From: Eledone cirrhosa
Lineage: Eukaryota
Direction of reading: 5' to 3'
DNA length: 64,000 nucleotides
NCBI GenBank assembly: GCA_964016885.1
Contig: OZ024740.1
Span: 290,532,001 to 290,596,000, forward strand
Part shown: positions 38,190 through 50,700 of the stretch, piece by piece
How positions within the stretch are numbered: the first letter of the stretch is position 1
Layout of the letters: the number at the start of each line of letters is the position of its first letter
Translations under genes and position numbers: made by a program
The notes under the pieces: model-generated
Told to the model about the DNA's origin: nothing
Databases searched by the model: none
What the model saw: only the letters and a program-made list of their open reading frames with translations

Positions 38190-41100
38190 TTTTTTATTTG
38201 GGTACCCCGTTTTTTATTTGGGTGCCCCGTTTTTTTATGGGGGGTCCGTTTTTTATTTCGGTGCGCCGTTTTTTGATGGGGGGGTCCGTTTTTTATTTGG
38301 GTGCCCCGTTTTTTATTTGGGTGCCCCGTTTTTTATTTGGGTGCCTCGTTTTTTATTTGGGTGCCCCGTTTTTTTATGGGGGGTCCGTTTTTTATTTGGG
38401 TGCCCCGTTTTTTATTTGGGTGCCCCGTTTTTTATTTGGGTGCCCCGTTTTTTATTTGGGTGCCACGTTTTTTTATGGGGGGGGTCCGTTTTTTATTTGG
38501 GTGCCCCGTTCTTTATTTGGGTGCCTCGTTTTTTATTTGGGTGCCCCGTTTTTTTATGGGGGGGTCCGTTTTTTATTTGGGTGCTCCGTTTTTTATTTGG
38601 GTGCCCCGTTTTTTATTTGGGTGCCCCTTTTTTTGATGGGGGGGTCCGTTTTTTATTTGGGTGCCCCGTTTTTTATTTGGGTGCCCCGTTTTTTTATGGG
38701 GGGGTCCGTTTTTTATTTGGGTGCCCCGTTTTTTTATGGGGGGGTCCGTCTTTTATTTGGGTGCCCCGTTTTTTATTTGGGTGCGCCGTTTTTTATTTGG
38801 GTGCCCCGTTTTTTTATGGGGGGTTCCGTTTTTTATCTGGGTACCCCGTTTTTTATTTGGGTACCCCGTTTTTTATTTGGGTGCCCCGTTTTTTATTTGG
38901 GTGCCCCGTTTTTTATTTGGGAGCCCCGTTTTTTTTATGGGGGGGTCCGTTTTTTATTTGGGTGCCCCGTTTTTTATTTGGGTGCCCCGTTTTTTTATGG
39001 GGGGGTCCGTTTTTTAATTGGGTACCCCGTTTTTTATTTGGGTGCCCCGTTTTTTATTTGGTTGCCCCGTTTTTTTATGGGGGGTTTCGTTTTTCATCTG
39101 GGTACCCCGTTTTTTATTTGGGTACCCCGTTTTTTATTTGGGTGCCCCGTTTTTTATTTGGGTGCCCCGTTTTTTATTTGGGTGCCCCGTTTTTTTTATA
39201 GGGGGGTCCGTTTTTTATTTGGGTGCCCCGTTTTTTATTTGGGTGCCCCGTTTTTTATTTGGGTGCCCCGTTTTTTTATGGGGGGGGTCCGTTTTTTATT
39301 TGGGTGCCCCGTTCTTTATTTGGGTGCCTCGTTTTTTATTTGGGTGCCCCGTTTTTTTATGGGGGGGGTCCGTTTTTTATTTGGGTGCTCCGTTTTTTAT
39401 TTGGGTGCCCCGTTTTTTATTTGGGTGCCCCGTTTTTTGATGGGGGGGTCCGTTTTTTATTTGGGTGCCCCGTTTTTTATTTGGGTGCCCCGTTTTTTTA
39501 TGGGGGGGTCCGTTTTTTATTTGGGTGCCCCGTTTTTTTATGGGGGGGTCCGTCTTTTATTTGGGTGCCCCGTTTTTTATTTGGGTGCCCCGTTTTTTAT
39601 TTGGGTGCCCCGTTTTTTTATGGGGGGTTCCGTTTTTTATCTGGGTACCCCGTTTTTTATTTGGGTACCCCGTTTTTTATTTGGGTGCCCCGTTTTTTAT
39701 TTGGGTGCCCCGTTTTTTATTTGGGTGCCCCGTTTTTTTTATGGGGGGGTCCGTTTTTTATTTGGGTGCCCCGTTTTTTATTTGGGTGCCCCGTTTTTTT
39801 ATGGGGGGGTCCGTTTTTTAATTGGGTACCCCGTTTTTTATTTGGGTGCCCCGTTTTTTTATGGGGGGTTCCGTTTTTTATTTGGGTGCCCTATTTTTTA
39901 TTTGGGCGCCCCGTTTTTTATTTGGGTGCCCCGTTTTTTATTTGGGTGCCCCGTTTTTTATTTGGGTGCCCCGTTTTTTTATGGGGGGGTTCGTTTTTTA
40001 TCTGGGTACCCCGTTTTTTATTTGTGTACCCCGTTTTTTATTTAGGTGCCCCGTTTTTTATTTGGGTGCCCCTTTTTTTATTTGGGCGCCCCGTTTTTTA
40101 TTTAGGTGCCCCGTTTTTTTATGGGGGTGTCCGTTTTTTATCTGGGTACCCCGTTTTTTATTTGGGTACCCCGTTTTTTATTTGGGTACCCGTTTTTTAT
40201 TTGGGTGCCCCGTTTTTTTATGGGGGGGGGGTCCGTTTTTTATTTGGATACCCCGTTTTTTATTTGGGTGCCCCGTTCTTTATTTCGGTGCCCCGTTTTT
40301 TATTTGGGTACCCCGTTATTTATTTGGGTGCCCCGTTTTTTATTTGGGTGCCCCGTTTTTTATTTGGGTACCCCGTTATTTATTTGGGTGCCCCGTTTTT
40401 TTATGGGGGGGTCCGTTTTTTCTTTGGATACCCCGTTTTTTATTTGGGTTCCCCGTTTTTTTATGGGGTCCGTTTTTTATTTCGGTGCACCGTTTTTTGA
40501 TGGGGGGGTCCGTTTTTTATTTGGGTGCCCCGTTTTTTATTTGGCTGCCCCGTTTTTTTATGGGGGGGGGTCCGTTTTTATTTGGGTGCCCCGTTTTTTA
40601 TTTGGGTACCCCGTTTTTTATTTGGGTGCCCCGTTTTTTATTTGGGTGCCCCGTTTTTTATTTGGGTACCCCGTTTTTTATTTGGGTGCCCCGTTTTTTT
40701 ATGGGGGGTCCGTTTTTTATTTCGGTGCGCCGTTTTTTGATGGGGGGGTCCGTTTTTTATTTGGGTGCCCCGTTTTTTATTTGGGTGCCCCGTTTTTTAT
40801 TTGGGTGCCTCGTTTTTTATTTGGGTGCCCCGTTTTTTTATGGGGGGTCCGTTTTTTATTTGGGTGCCCCGTTTTTTATTTGGGTGCCCCGTTTTTTATT
40901 TGGGTGCCCCGTTTTTTATTTGGGTGCCACGTTTTTTTATGGGGGGGGTCCGTTTTTTATTTGGGTGCCCCGTTCTTTATTTGGGTGCCTCGTTTTTTAT
41001 TTGGGTGCCCCGTTTTTTTATGGGGGGGTCCGTTTTTTATTTGGGTGCTCCGTTTTTTATTTGGGTGCCCCGTTTTTTATTTGGGTGCCCCTTTTTTTGA

Positions 41101-43115
41101 TGGGGGGGTCCGTTTTTTATTTGGGTGCCCCGTTTTTTATTTGGGTGCCCCGTTTTTTTATGGGGGGGTCCGTTTTTTATTTGGGTGCCCCGTTTTTTTA
41201 TGGGGGGGTCCGTCTTTTATTTGGGTGCCCCGTTTTTTATTTGGGTGCGCCGTTTTTTATTTGGGTGCCCCGTTTTTTTATGGGGGGTTCCGTTTTTTAT
41301 CTGGGTACCCCGTTTTTTATTTGGGTACCCCGTTTTTTATTTGGGTGCCCCGTTTTTTATTTGGGTGCCCCGTTTTTTATTTGGGAGCCCCGTTTTTTTT
41401 ATGGGGGGGTCCGTTTTTTATTTGGGTGCCCCGTTTTTTATTTGGGTGCCCCGTTTTTTTATGGGGGGGTCCGTTTTTTAATTGGGTACCCCGTTTTTTA
41501 TTTGGGTGCCCCGTTTTTTATTTGGTTGCCCCGTTTTTTTATGGGGGGTTTCGTTTTTCATCTGGGTACCCCGTTTTTTATTTGGGTACCCCGTTTTTTA
41601 TTTGGGTGCCCCGTTTTTTATTTGGGTGCCCCGTTTTTTATTTGGGTGCCCCGTTTTTTTTATAGGGGGGTCCGTTTTTTATTTGGGTGCCCCGTTTTTT
41701 ATTTGGGTGCCCCGTTTTTTATTTGGGTGCCCCGTTTTTTTATGGGGGGGGTCCGTTTTTTATTTGGGTGCCCCGTTCTTTATTTGGGTGCCTCGTTTTT
41801 TATTTGGGTGCCCCGTTTTTTTATGGGGGGGGTCCGTTTTTTATTTGGGTGCTCCGTTTTTTATTTGGGTGCCCCGTTTTTTATTTGGGTGCCCCGTTTT
41901 TTGATGGGGGGGTCCGTTTTTTATTTGGGTGCCCCGTTTTTTATTTGGGTGCCCCGTTTTTTTATGGGGGGGTCCGTTTTTTATTTGGGTGCCCCGTTTT
42001 TTTATGGGGGGGTCCGTCTTTTATTTGGGTGCCCCGTTTTTTATTTGGGTGCCCCGTTTTTTATTTGGGTGCCCCGTTTTTTTATGGGGGGTTCCGTTTT
42101 TTATCTGGGTACCCCGTTTTTTATTTGGGTACCCCGTTTTTTATTTGGGTGCCCCGTTTTTTATTTGGGTGCCCCGTTTTTTATTTGGGTGCCCCGTTTT
42201 TTTTATGGGGGGGTCCGTTTTTTATTTGGGTGCCCCGTTTTTTATTTGGGTGCCCCGTTTTTTTATGGGGGGGTCCGTTTTTTAATTGGGTACCCCGTTT
42301 TTTATTTGGGTGCCCCGTTTTTTTATGGGGGGTTCCGTTTTTTATTTGGGTGCCCTATTTTTTATTTGGGCGCCCCGTTTTTTATTTGGGTGCCCCGTTT
42401 TTTATTTGGGTGCCCCGTTTTTTATTTGGGTGCCCCGTTTTTTTATGGGGGGGTTCGTTTTTTATCTGGGTACCCCGTTTTTTATTTGTGTACCCCGTTT
42501 TTTATTTAGGTGCCCCGTTTTTTATTTGGGTGCCCCTTTTTTTATTTGGGCGCCCCGTTTTTTATTTAGGTGCCCCGTTTTTTTATGGGGGTGTCCGTTT
42601 TTTATCTGGGTACCCCGTTTTTTATTTGGGTACCCCGTTTTTTATTTGGGTACCCGTTTTTTATTTGGGTGCCCCGTTTTTTTATGGGGGGGGGGTCCGT
42701 TTTTTATTTGGATACCCCGTTTTTTATTTGGGTGCCCCGTTCTTTATTTCGGTGCCCCGTTTTTTATTTGGGTACCCCGTTATTTATTTGGGTGCCCCGT
42801 TTTTTATTTGGGTGCCCCGTTTTTTATTTGGGTACCCCGTTATTTATTTGGGTGCCCCGTTTTTTTATGGGGGGGTCCGTTTTTTCTTTGGATACCCCGT
42901 TTTTTATTTGGGTTCCCCGTTTTTTTATGGGGTCCGTTTTTTATTTCGGTGCACCGTTTTTTGATGGGGGGGTCCGTTTTTTATTTGGGTGCCCCGTTTT
43001 TTATTTGGCTGCCCCGTTTTTTTATGGGGGGGGGTCCGTTTTTATTTGGGTGCCCCGTTTTTTATTTGGGTACCCCGTTTTTTATTTGGGTGCCCCGTTT
43101 TTTATTTGGGTGCCT
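38190..43115 (+). repeat. Near-perfect 2464-bp tandem duplication, with a third copy 5107 bp upstream (~33.1-35.5 kb)
   Basis: TGGGAGCCCC at 33811, 38918 and 41382. Identical ORF translations at 33194/38301/40765, 33554/38661/41125, 34117/39223/41687 and 34359/39465/41929. Confidence 0.93.
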
Positions 43116-43199
43116 CGTTTTTTATTTGGGTGCCCCGTTTTTTTATGGGGGGGTCCGTTTTTTCTTTGGATACCCCGTTTTTTATTTGGGTTCCCCGTT

Positions 43200-46100
43200 T
43201 TTTTATGGGGTCCGTTTTTTATTTCGGTGCACCGTTTTTTGATGGGGGGGTCCGTTTTTTATTTGGGTGCCCCGTTTTTTATTTGGCTGCCCCGTTTTTT
43301 TATGGGGGGGGTCCGTTTTTATTTGGGTGCCCCGTTTTTTATTTGGGTACCCCGTTTTTTATTTGGGTGCCCCGTTTTTTATTTGGGTGCCTCGTTTTTT
43401 ATTTGGGTGCCCCGTTTTTTTATGGGGGGGTCCGTTTTTTATCTGGGTACCCCGTTTTTTATTTTGGTGCCCCGTTTTTTTATGGGGGGGTTCGTTTTTT
43501 ATTTGGATAACCCGTTTTTTATTTGGGTGCCCCGTTTTTTATTTGGGTGCCCCGTTTTTTATTTGGGTGCCCCGTTTTTTATTTGGGTGCACCGTTTTTT
43601 ATTTGGGTGCCCCGTTTTTTATTTGGGTGCCCCGTTTTTTATCTGGGTACCCCGTTTTTTATTTGGGTACCCCGTTTTTTATTTGGGTGCCCCGTTTTTT
43701 TATGGGGGGGTCCGTTTTTTATTTGGATACCCCGTTTTTTATTTGGGTGCCCCGTTTTTTATTTGGGTGCCTCGTTTTTTATTTGGGTACCCCGTTTTTT
43801 ATTTGGGTGCCCCGTTTTTTATTTGGGTGCCCCGTTATTTATTTGGGTGCCCCGTTTTTTATTTGGGTGCCCCGTTTTTTTATGGGGGGGTCCGTTTTTT
43901 ATCTGGGTACCCCGTTTTTTATTTGGGTACCCCGTTTTTTATTTGGGTGCCCCGTTTTTTTATGGGGGGGGGGTCCGTTTTTTATTTGGATACCCCGTTT
44001 TTTATTTGGGTGACCCGTTTTTTATTTGGGTGCCCCGTTTTTTATTTGGGTACCCCGTTATTTATTTGGGTGCCCCGTTTTTTTATGGGGGGGTCCGTTT
44101 TTTATATGGGGGGGTCCGTTTTTTATTTGGGTGCCCCGTTTTTTATTTGGGTGCCCCATTTTTTATTTGGGTGCCCCGTTTTTTATTTGGGTACCCCGTT
44201 TTTTATTTGGGTGCCCCGTTTTTTTTATGGGGGGGTCCGTTTTTTATTTGGGTGCCCCGTTTTTTTATGGGGGGGGGTCCGTTTTTTATTTCGGTGCCCC
44301 GTGTTTTATTTGGGTACCCCGTTTTCTATTTGGGTGCCCCGTTTTTTTTATGGGGGGGTCCGTTTTTTATTTGGGTGCCACGTTTTTTTATGGGGGGGGG
44401 TCCGTTTTTTTATTTAGATACCCCTTTTTTTATTTGGGTGCCCCGTTTTTTATTTGGGTGCCCCGTTTTTTTATGGGGGGGTCCGTTTTTTATCTGGGTA
44501 CCCCGTTTTTTATTTGGGTACCCCGTTTTTTATTTGGGTACCCCGTTTTTTATTTGGGTACCCCGTTTTTTATTTGGGTGCCCCGTTTTTTATTTGGGTG
44601 CCCCGTTTTTTTATGGGGGGGGTCCGTTTTTTATTTGGATACCCCGTTTTTTATTTGGGTGCCCCGTTTTTTTTATGGGGGGGTCCGTTTTTTATCTGGG
44701 TACCCCGTTTTTTATTTGGGTACCCGTTTTTTATTTGGGTGCCCCGTTTTTTTATGGGGGGGGGGTCCGTTTTTTATTTGGATACCCCGTTTTTTATTTG
44801 GGTGCCCCGTTTTTTATTTGGGTGCCCCGTTTTTTATTTGGGTACCCCGTTATTTATTTGGGTGCCCCGTTTTTTTATGGGGGGGTCCGTTTTTTCTTTG
44901 GATACCCCGTTTTTTATTTGGGTTCCCCGTTTTTTTATGGGGTCCGTTTTTTATTTCGGTGCACCGTTTTTTGATAGGGGGGTCCGTTTTTTATTTGGGT
45001 GCCCCGTTTTTTATTTGGCTGCCCCGTTTTTTTATGGGGGGGGGTCCGTTTTTATTTGGGTGCCCCGTTTTTTATTTGGGTACCCCGTTTTTTATTTGGG
45101 TGCCCCGTTTTTTATTTGGGTGCCTCGTTTTTTATTTGGGTGTCCCGTTTTTTTATGGGGGGGTCCGTTTTTTCTTTGGATACCCCGTTTTTTATTTGGG
45201 TTCCCCGTTTTTTTATGGGGTCCGTTTTTTATTTCGGTGCACCGTTTTTTGATGGGGGGGTCCGTTTTTTATTTGGGTGCCCCGTTTTTTATTTGGCTGC
45301 CCCGTTTTTTTATGGGGGGGGGTCCGTTTTTATTTGGGTGCCCCGTTTTTTATTTGGGTACCCCGTTTTTTATTTGGGTGCCCCGTTTTTTATTTGGGTG
45401 CCTCGTTTTTTATTTGGGTGCCCCGTTTTTTTATGGGGGGGTCCGTTTTTTATCTGGGTACCCCGTTTTTTATTTGGGTGCCCCGTTTTTTTATGGGGGG
45501 GTTCGTTTTTTATTTGGATAACCCGTTTTTTATTTGGGTGCCCCGTTTTTTATTTGGGTGCCCCGTTTTTTATTTGGGTGCCCCGTTTTTTATTTGGGTG
45601 CACCGTTTTTTATTTGGGTGCCCCGTTTTTTATTTGGGTGCCCCGTTTTTTATCTGGGTACCCCGTTTTTTATTTGGGTACCCCGTTTTTTATTTGGGTG
45701 CCCCGTTTTTTTATGGGGGGGTCCGTTTTTTATTTGGATACCCCGTTTTTTATTTGGGTGCCCCGTTTTTTATTTGGGTGCCTCGTTTTTTATTTGGGTA
45801 CCCCGTTTTTTATTTGGGTGCCCCGTTTTTTATTTGGGTGCCCCGTTATTTATTTGGGTGCCCCGTTTTTTATTTGGGTGCCCCGTTTTTTTATGGGGGG
45901 GTCCGTTTTTTATCTGGGTACCCCGTTTTTTATTTGGGTACCCCGTTTTTTATTTGGGTGCCCCGTTTTTTTATGGGGGGGGGGTCCGTTTTTTATTTGG
46001 ATACCCCGTTTTTTATTTGGGTGACCCGTTTTTTATTTGGGTGCCCCGTTTTTTATTTGGGTACCCCGTTATTTATTTGGGTGCCCCGTTTTTTTATGGG

Positions 46101-47770
46101 GGGGTCCGTTTTTTATATGGGGGGGTCCGTTTTTTATTTGGGTGCCCCGTTTTTTATTTGGGTGCCCCATTTTTTATTTGGGTGCCCCGTTTTTTATTTG
46201 GGTACCCCGTTTTTTATTTGGGTGCCCCGTTTTTTTTATGGGGGGGTCCGTTTTTTATTTGGGTGCCCCGTTTTTTTTATGGGGGGGGGTCCGTTTTTTA
46301 TTTCGGTGCCCCGTGTTTTATTTGGGTACCCCGTTTTCTATTTGGGTGCCCCGTTTTTTTTATGGGGGGGTCCGTTTTTTATTTGGGTGCCACGTTTTTT
46401 TATGGGGGGGGGTCCGTTTTTTTATTTAGATACCCCTTTTTTTATTTGGGTGCCCCGTTTTTTATTTGGGTGCCCCGTTTTTTTATGGGGGGGTCCGTTT
46501 TTTATCTGGGTACCCCGTTTTTTATTTGGGTACCCCGTTTTTTATTTGGGTACCCCGTTTTTTATTTGGGTACCCCGTTTTTTATTTGGGTGCCCCGTTT
46601 TTTATTTGGGTGCCCCGTTTTTTTATGGGGGGGGTCCGTTTTTTATTTGGATACCCCGTTTTTTATTTGGGTGCCCCGTTTTTTTATGGGGGGGTCCGTT
46701 TTTTATCTGGGTACCCCGTTTTTTATTTGGGTACCCGTTTTTTATTTGGGTGCCCCGTTTTTTTATGGGGGGGGGGTCCGTTTTTTATTTGGATACCCCG
46801 TTTTTTATTTGGGTGCCCCGTTTTTTATTTGGGTGCCCCGTTTTTTATTTGGGTACCCCGTTATTTATTTGGGTGCCCCGTTTTTTTATGGGGGGGTCCG
46901 TTTTTTCTTTGGATACCCCGTTTTTTATTTGGGTTCCCCGTTTTTTTATGGGGTCCGTTTTTTATTTCGGTGCACCGTTTTTTGATAGGGGGGTCCGTTT
47001 TTTATTTGGGTGCCCCGTTTTTTATTTGGCTGCCCCGTTTTTTTATGGGGGGGGGTCCGTTTTTATTTGGGTGCCCCGTTTTTTATTTGGGTACCCCGTT
47101 TTTTATTTGGGTGCCCCGTTTTTTATTTGGGTGCCTCGTTTTTTATTTGGGTGTCCCGTTTTTTTATGGGGGGGTCCGTTTTTTCTTTGGATACCCCGTT
47201 TTTTATTTGGGTTCCCCGTTTTTTTATGGGGTCCGTTTTTTATTTCGGTGCACCGTTTTTTGATGGGGGGGTCCGTTTTTTATTTGGGTGCCCCGTTTTT
47301 TATTTGGCTGCCCCGTTTTTTTATGGGGGGGGGTCCGTTTTTATTTGGGTGCCCCGTTTTTTATTTGGGTACCCCGTTTTTTATTTGGGTGCCCCGTTTT
47401 TTATTTGGGTGCCTCGTTTTTTATTTGGGTGCCCCGTTTTTTTATGGGGGGGTCCGTTTTTTATCTGGGTACCCCGTTTTTTATTTGGGTGCCCCGTTTT
47501 TTTATGGGGGGGTTCGTTTTTTATTTGGATAACCCGTTTTTTATTTGGGTGCCCCGTTTTTTATTTGGGTGCCCCGTTTTTTATTTGGGTGCCCCGTTTT
47601 TTATTTGGGTGCACCGTTTTTTATTTGGGTGCCCCGTTTTTTATTTGGGTGCCCCGTTTTTTATCTGGGTACCCCGTTTTTTATTTGGGTACCCCGTTTT
47701 TTATTTGGGTGCCCCGTTTTTTTATGGGGGGGTCCGTTTTTTATTTGGATACCCCGTTTTTTATTTGGGT
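43200..47770 (+). repeat. ~2011-bp (~100-monomer) higher-order repeat in tandem, with related copies from 29.7 to 57 kb
   Basis: GGATAACCC at 43505, 45516 and 47527 (2011, 2011). Also at 30363, 35916, 49752, 52707, 54716 (+2009) and 56238. Confidence 0.92.
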
Positions 47771-50700
47771 GCCCCTTTTTTATTTGGGTGCCTCGTTTTT
47801 TATTTGGGTACCCCGTTTTTTATTTGGGTGCCCCGTTTTTTATTTGGGTGCCCCGTTTTTTATTTGGGTACCCCGTTTTTTATTTGGGTGCCCCGTTTTT
47901 TTATGGGGGGGGTCCGTTTTTTATTTGGATACCCCGTTTTTTATTTGGGTGACCCGTTTTTTATTTGGGTGCCCCGTTTTTTATTTGGGTACCCCGTTAT
48001 TTATTTGGGTGCCCCGTTTTTTTATGGGGGGGTCCGTTTTTTATATGGGGGGGTCCGTTTTTTATTTGGGTGCCCCGTTTTTTATTTGGGTGCCCCATTT
48101 TTTATTTGGGTGCCCCGTTTTTTATTTGGGTACCCCGTTATTTATTTGGGTGCCCCGTTTTTTTATGGGGGGGTCCGTTTTTTATATGGGGGGGTCCGTT
48201 TTTTATTTGGGTGCCCCGTTTTTTATTTGGGTGCCCCATTTTTTATTTGGGTGCCCCGTTTTTTATTTGGGTACCCCGTTTTTTATTTGGGTGCCCCGTT
48301 TTTTTTATGGGGGGGTCCGTTTTTTATTTGGGTGCCCCGTTTTTTTATGGGGGGGTCCGTTTTTTATTTCGGTGCCCCGTGTTTTATTTGGGTACCCCGT
48401 TTTCTATTTGGGTGCCCCGTTTTTTTTATGGGGGGGTCCGTTTTTTATTTGGGTGCCACGTTTTTTTATGGGGGGGGGTCCGTTTTTTTATTTAGATACC
48501 CCGTTTTTTATTTGGGTGCCCCGTTTTTTATTTGGGTGCCCCGTTTTTTTATGGGGGGGTCCGTTTTTTATCTGGGTACCCCGTTTTTTATTTGGGTACC
48601 CCGTTTTTTATTTGGGTACCCCGTTTTTTATTTGGGTGCCCCGTTTTTTATTTGGGTGCCCCGTTTTTTATTTGGGTGCCCCGTTTTTTATATGGGGGGT
48701 CCGTTTTTTATTTGGGTGCCCCGTTTTTTATTTGGGTGCCCCGTTTTTTTATGGGGGGGTCCGTTTTTTAATTGGGTACCCCGTTTTTTATTTGGGTGCC
48801 CCGTTTTTTTATGGGGGGTTCCGTTTTTTATTTGGGTGCCCTATTTTTTATTTGGGCGCCCCGTTTTTTATTTGGGTGCCCCGTTTTTTATTTGGGTACC
48901 CCGTTATTTATTTGGGTGCCCCGTTTTTTTATGGGGGGGTCCGTTTTTTCTTTGGATACCCCGTTTTTTATTTGGGTTCCCCATTTTTTTATGGGGTCCG
49001 TTTTTTATTTCGGTGCCCCGTTTTTTTATGGGGGTGTCCGTTTTTTATCTGGGTACCCCGTTTTTTATTTGGGTACCCCGTTTTTTATTTGGGTGCCCCG
49101 TTTTTTATTTGGGTGCCCCGTTTTTTTATGGGGGGGGTCCGTTTTTTATTTGGATACCCCGTTTTTTATTTGGGTGCCCCGTTTTTTTATGGGGGGGTCC
49201 GTTTTTTATCTGGGAACCCCGTTTTTTATTTGGGTACCCGTTTTTTATTTGGGTGCCCCGTTTTTTTATGGGGGGGGGGTCCGTTTTTTATTTGGATACC
49301 CCGTTTTTTATTTGGGTGCCCCGTTTTTTATTTGGGTGCCCCGTTTTTTATTTGGGTACCCCGTTATTTATTTGGGTGCCCCGTTTTTTTATGGGGGGGT
49401 CCGTTTTTTCTTTGGATACCCCGTTTTTTATTTGGGTTCCCCGTTTTTTTATGGGGTCCGGTTTTTATTTCGGTGCACCGTTTTTTGATGGGGGGGTCCG
49501 TTTTTTATTTGGGTGCCCCGTTTTTTATTTGGCTGCCCCGTTTTTTTATGGGGGGGGGTCCGTTTTTATTTGGGTGCCCCGTTTTTTATTTGGGTACCCC
49601 GTTTCTTATTTGGGTGCCCCGTTTCTTATTTGGGTGCCCCGTTTTTTATTTGGGTGCCCCGTTTTTTTATGGGGGGGTCCGTTTTTTATCTGGGTACCCC
49701 GTTTTTTATTTGGGTGCCCCGTTTTTTTATGGGGGGGTTCGTTTTTTATTTGGATAACCCGTTTTTTATTTGGGTGCCCCGTTTTTTATTTGGGTGCCCC
49801 GTTTTTTATTTGGGTACCCCGTTTTTTATTTGGGTGCCCCGTTTTTTATTTGGGTGCCCCGTTATTTATTTGGGTGCCCCGTTTTTTATTTGGGAGCCCC
49901 GTTTTTTTATGGGGGGGTCCGTTTTTTATCTGGGTACCCCGTTTTTTATTTGGGTACCCCGTTTTTTATTTGGGTGCCCCGTTTTTTTATGGGGGGGGTC
50001 CGTTTTTTATTTGGATACCCCGTTTTTTATTTGGGTGCCCCGTTTTTTATTTGGGTGCCCCGTTTTTTATTTGGGTACCCCGTTATTTATTTGGGTGCCC
50101 CGTTTTTTTATGGGGGGGGGTCCGTTTTTTATATGGGGGGGTCCGTTTTTTATTTGGGTGCCCCGTTTTTTATTTGGGTGCCCCATTTTTTATTTGGGTG
50201 CCCCGTTTTTTATTTGGGTACCCCGTTTTTTATTTGGGTGCCCCTTTTTTTTTATGGGGGGGTCCGTTTTTTATTTGGGTGCCCCGTTTTTTTATGGGGG
50301 GGGGTCCGTTTTTTATTTCGGTGCCCCGTGTTTTATTTGGGTACCCCGTTTTCTATTTGGGTGCCCCGTTTTTTTTATGGGGGGTCCGTTTTTTATTTGG
50401 GTGCCCCGTTTTTTTATGGGGGGGGTCCGTTTTTTTATTTGGATACCCCGTTTTTTATTTGGGTGCCCCGTTTTTTATTTGGGTGCCCCGTTTTTTTATG
50501 GGGGGGTCCGTTTTTTATCTGGGTACCCCGTTTTTTATTTGGGTACCCCGTTTTTTATTTGGGTGCCCCGTTTTTTATTTGGGTGCCCCGTTTTTTATTT
50601 GGGTGCCCCGTTTTTTTTATGGGGGGGGTCCGTTTTTTATTTGGATACCCCGTGTTTTATTTGGGTGCCCCGTTTTTTATTTGGGTGCCCCGTTTTTTAT

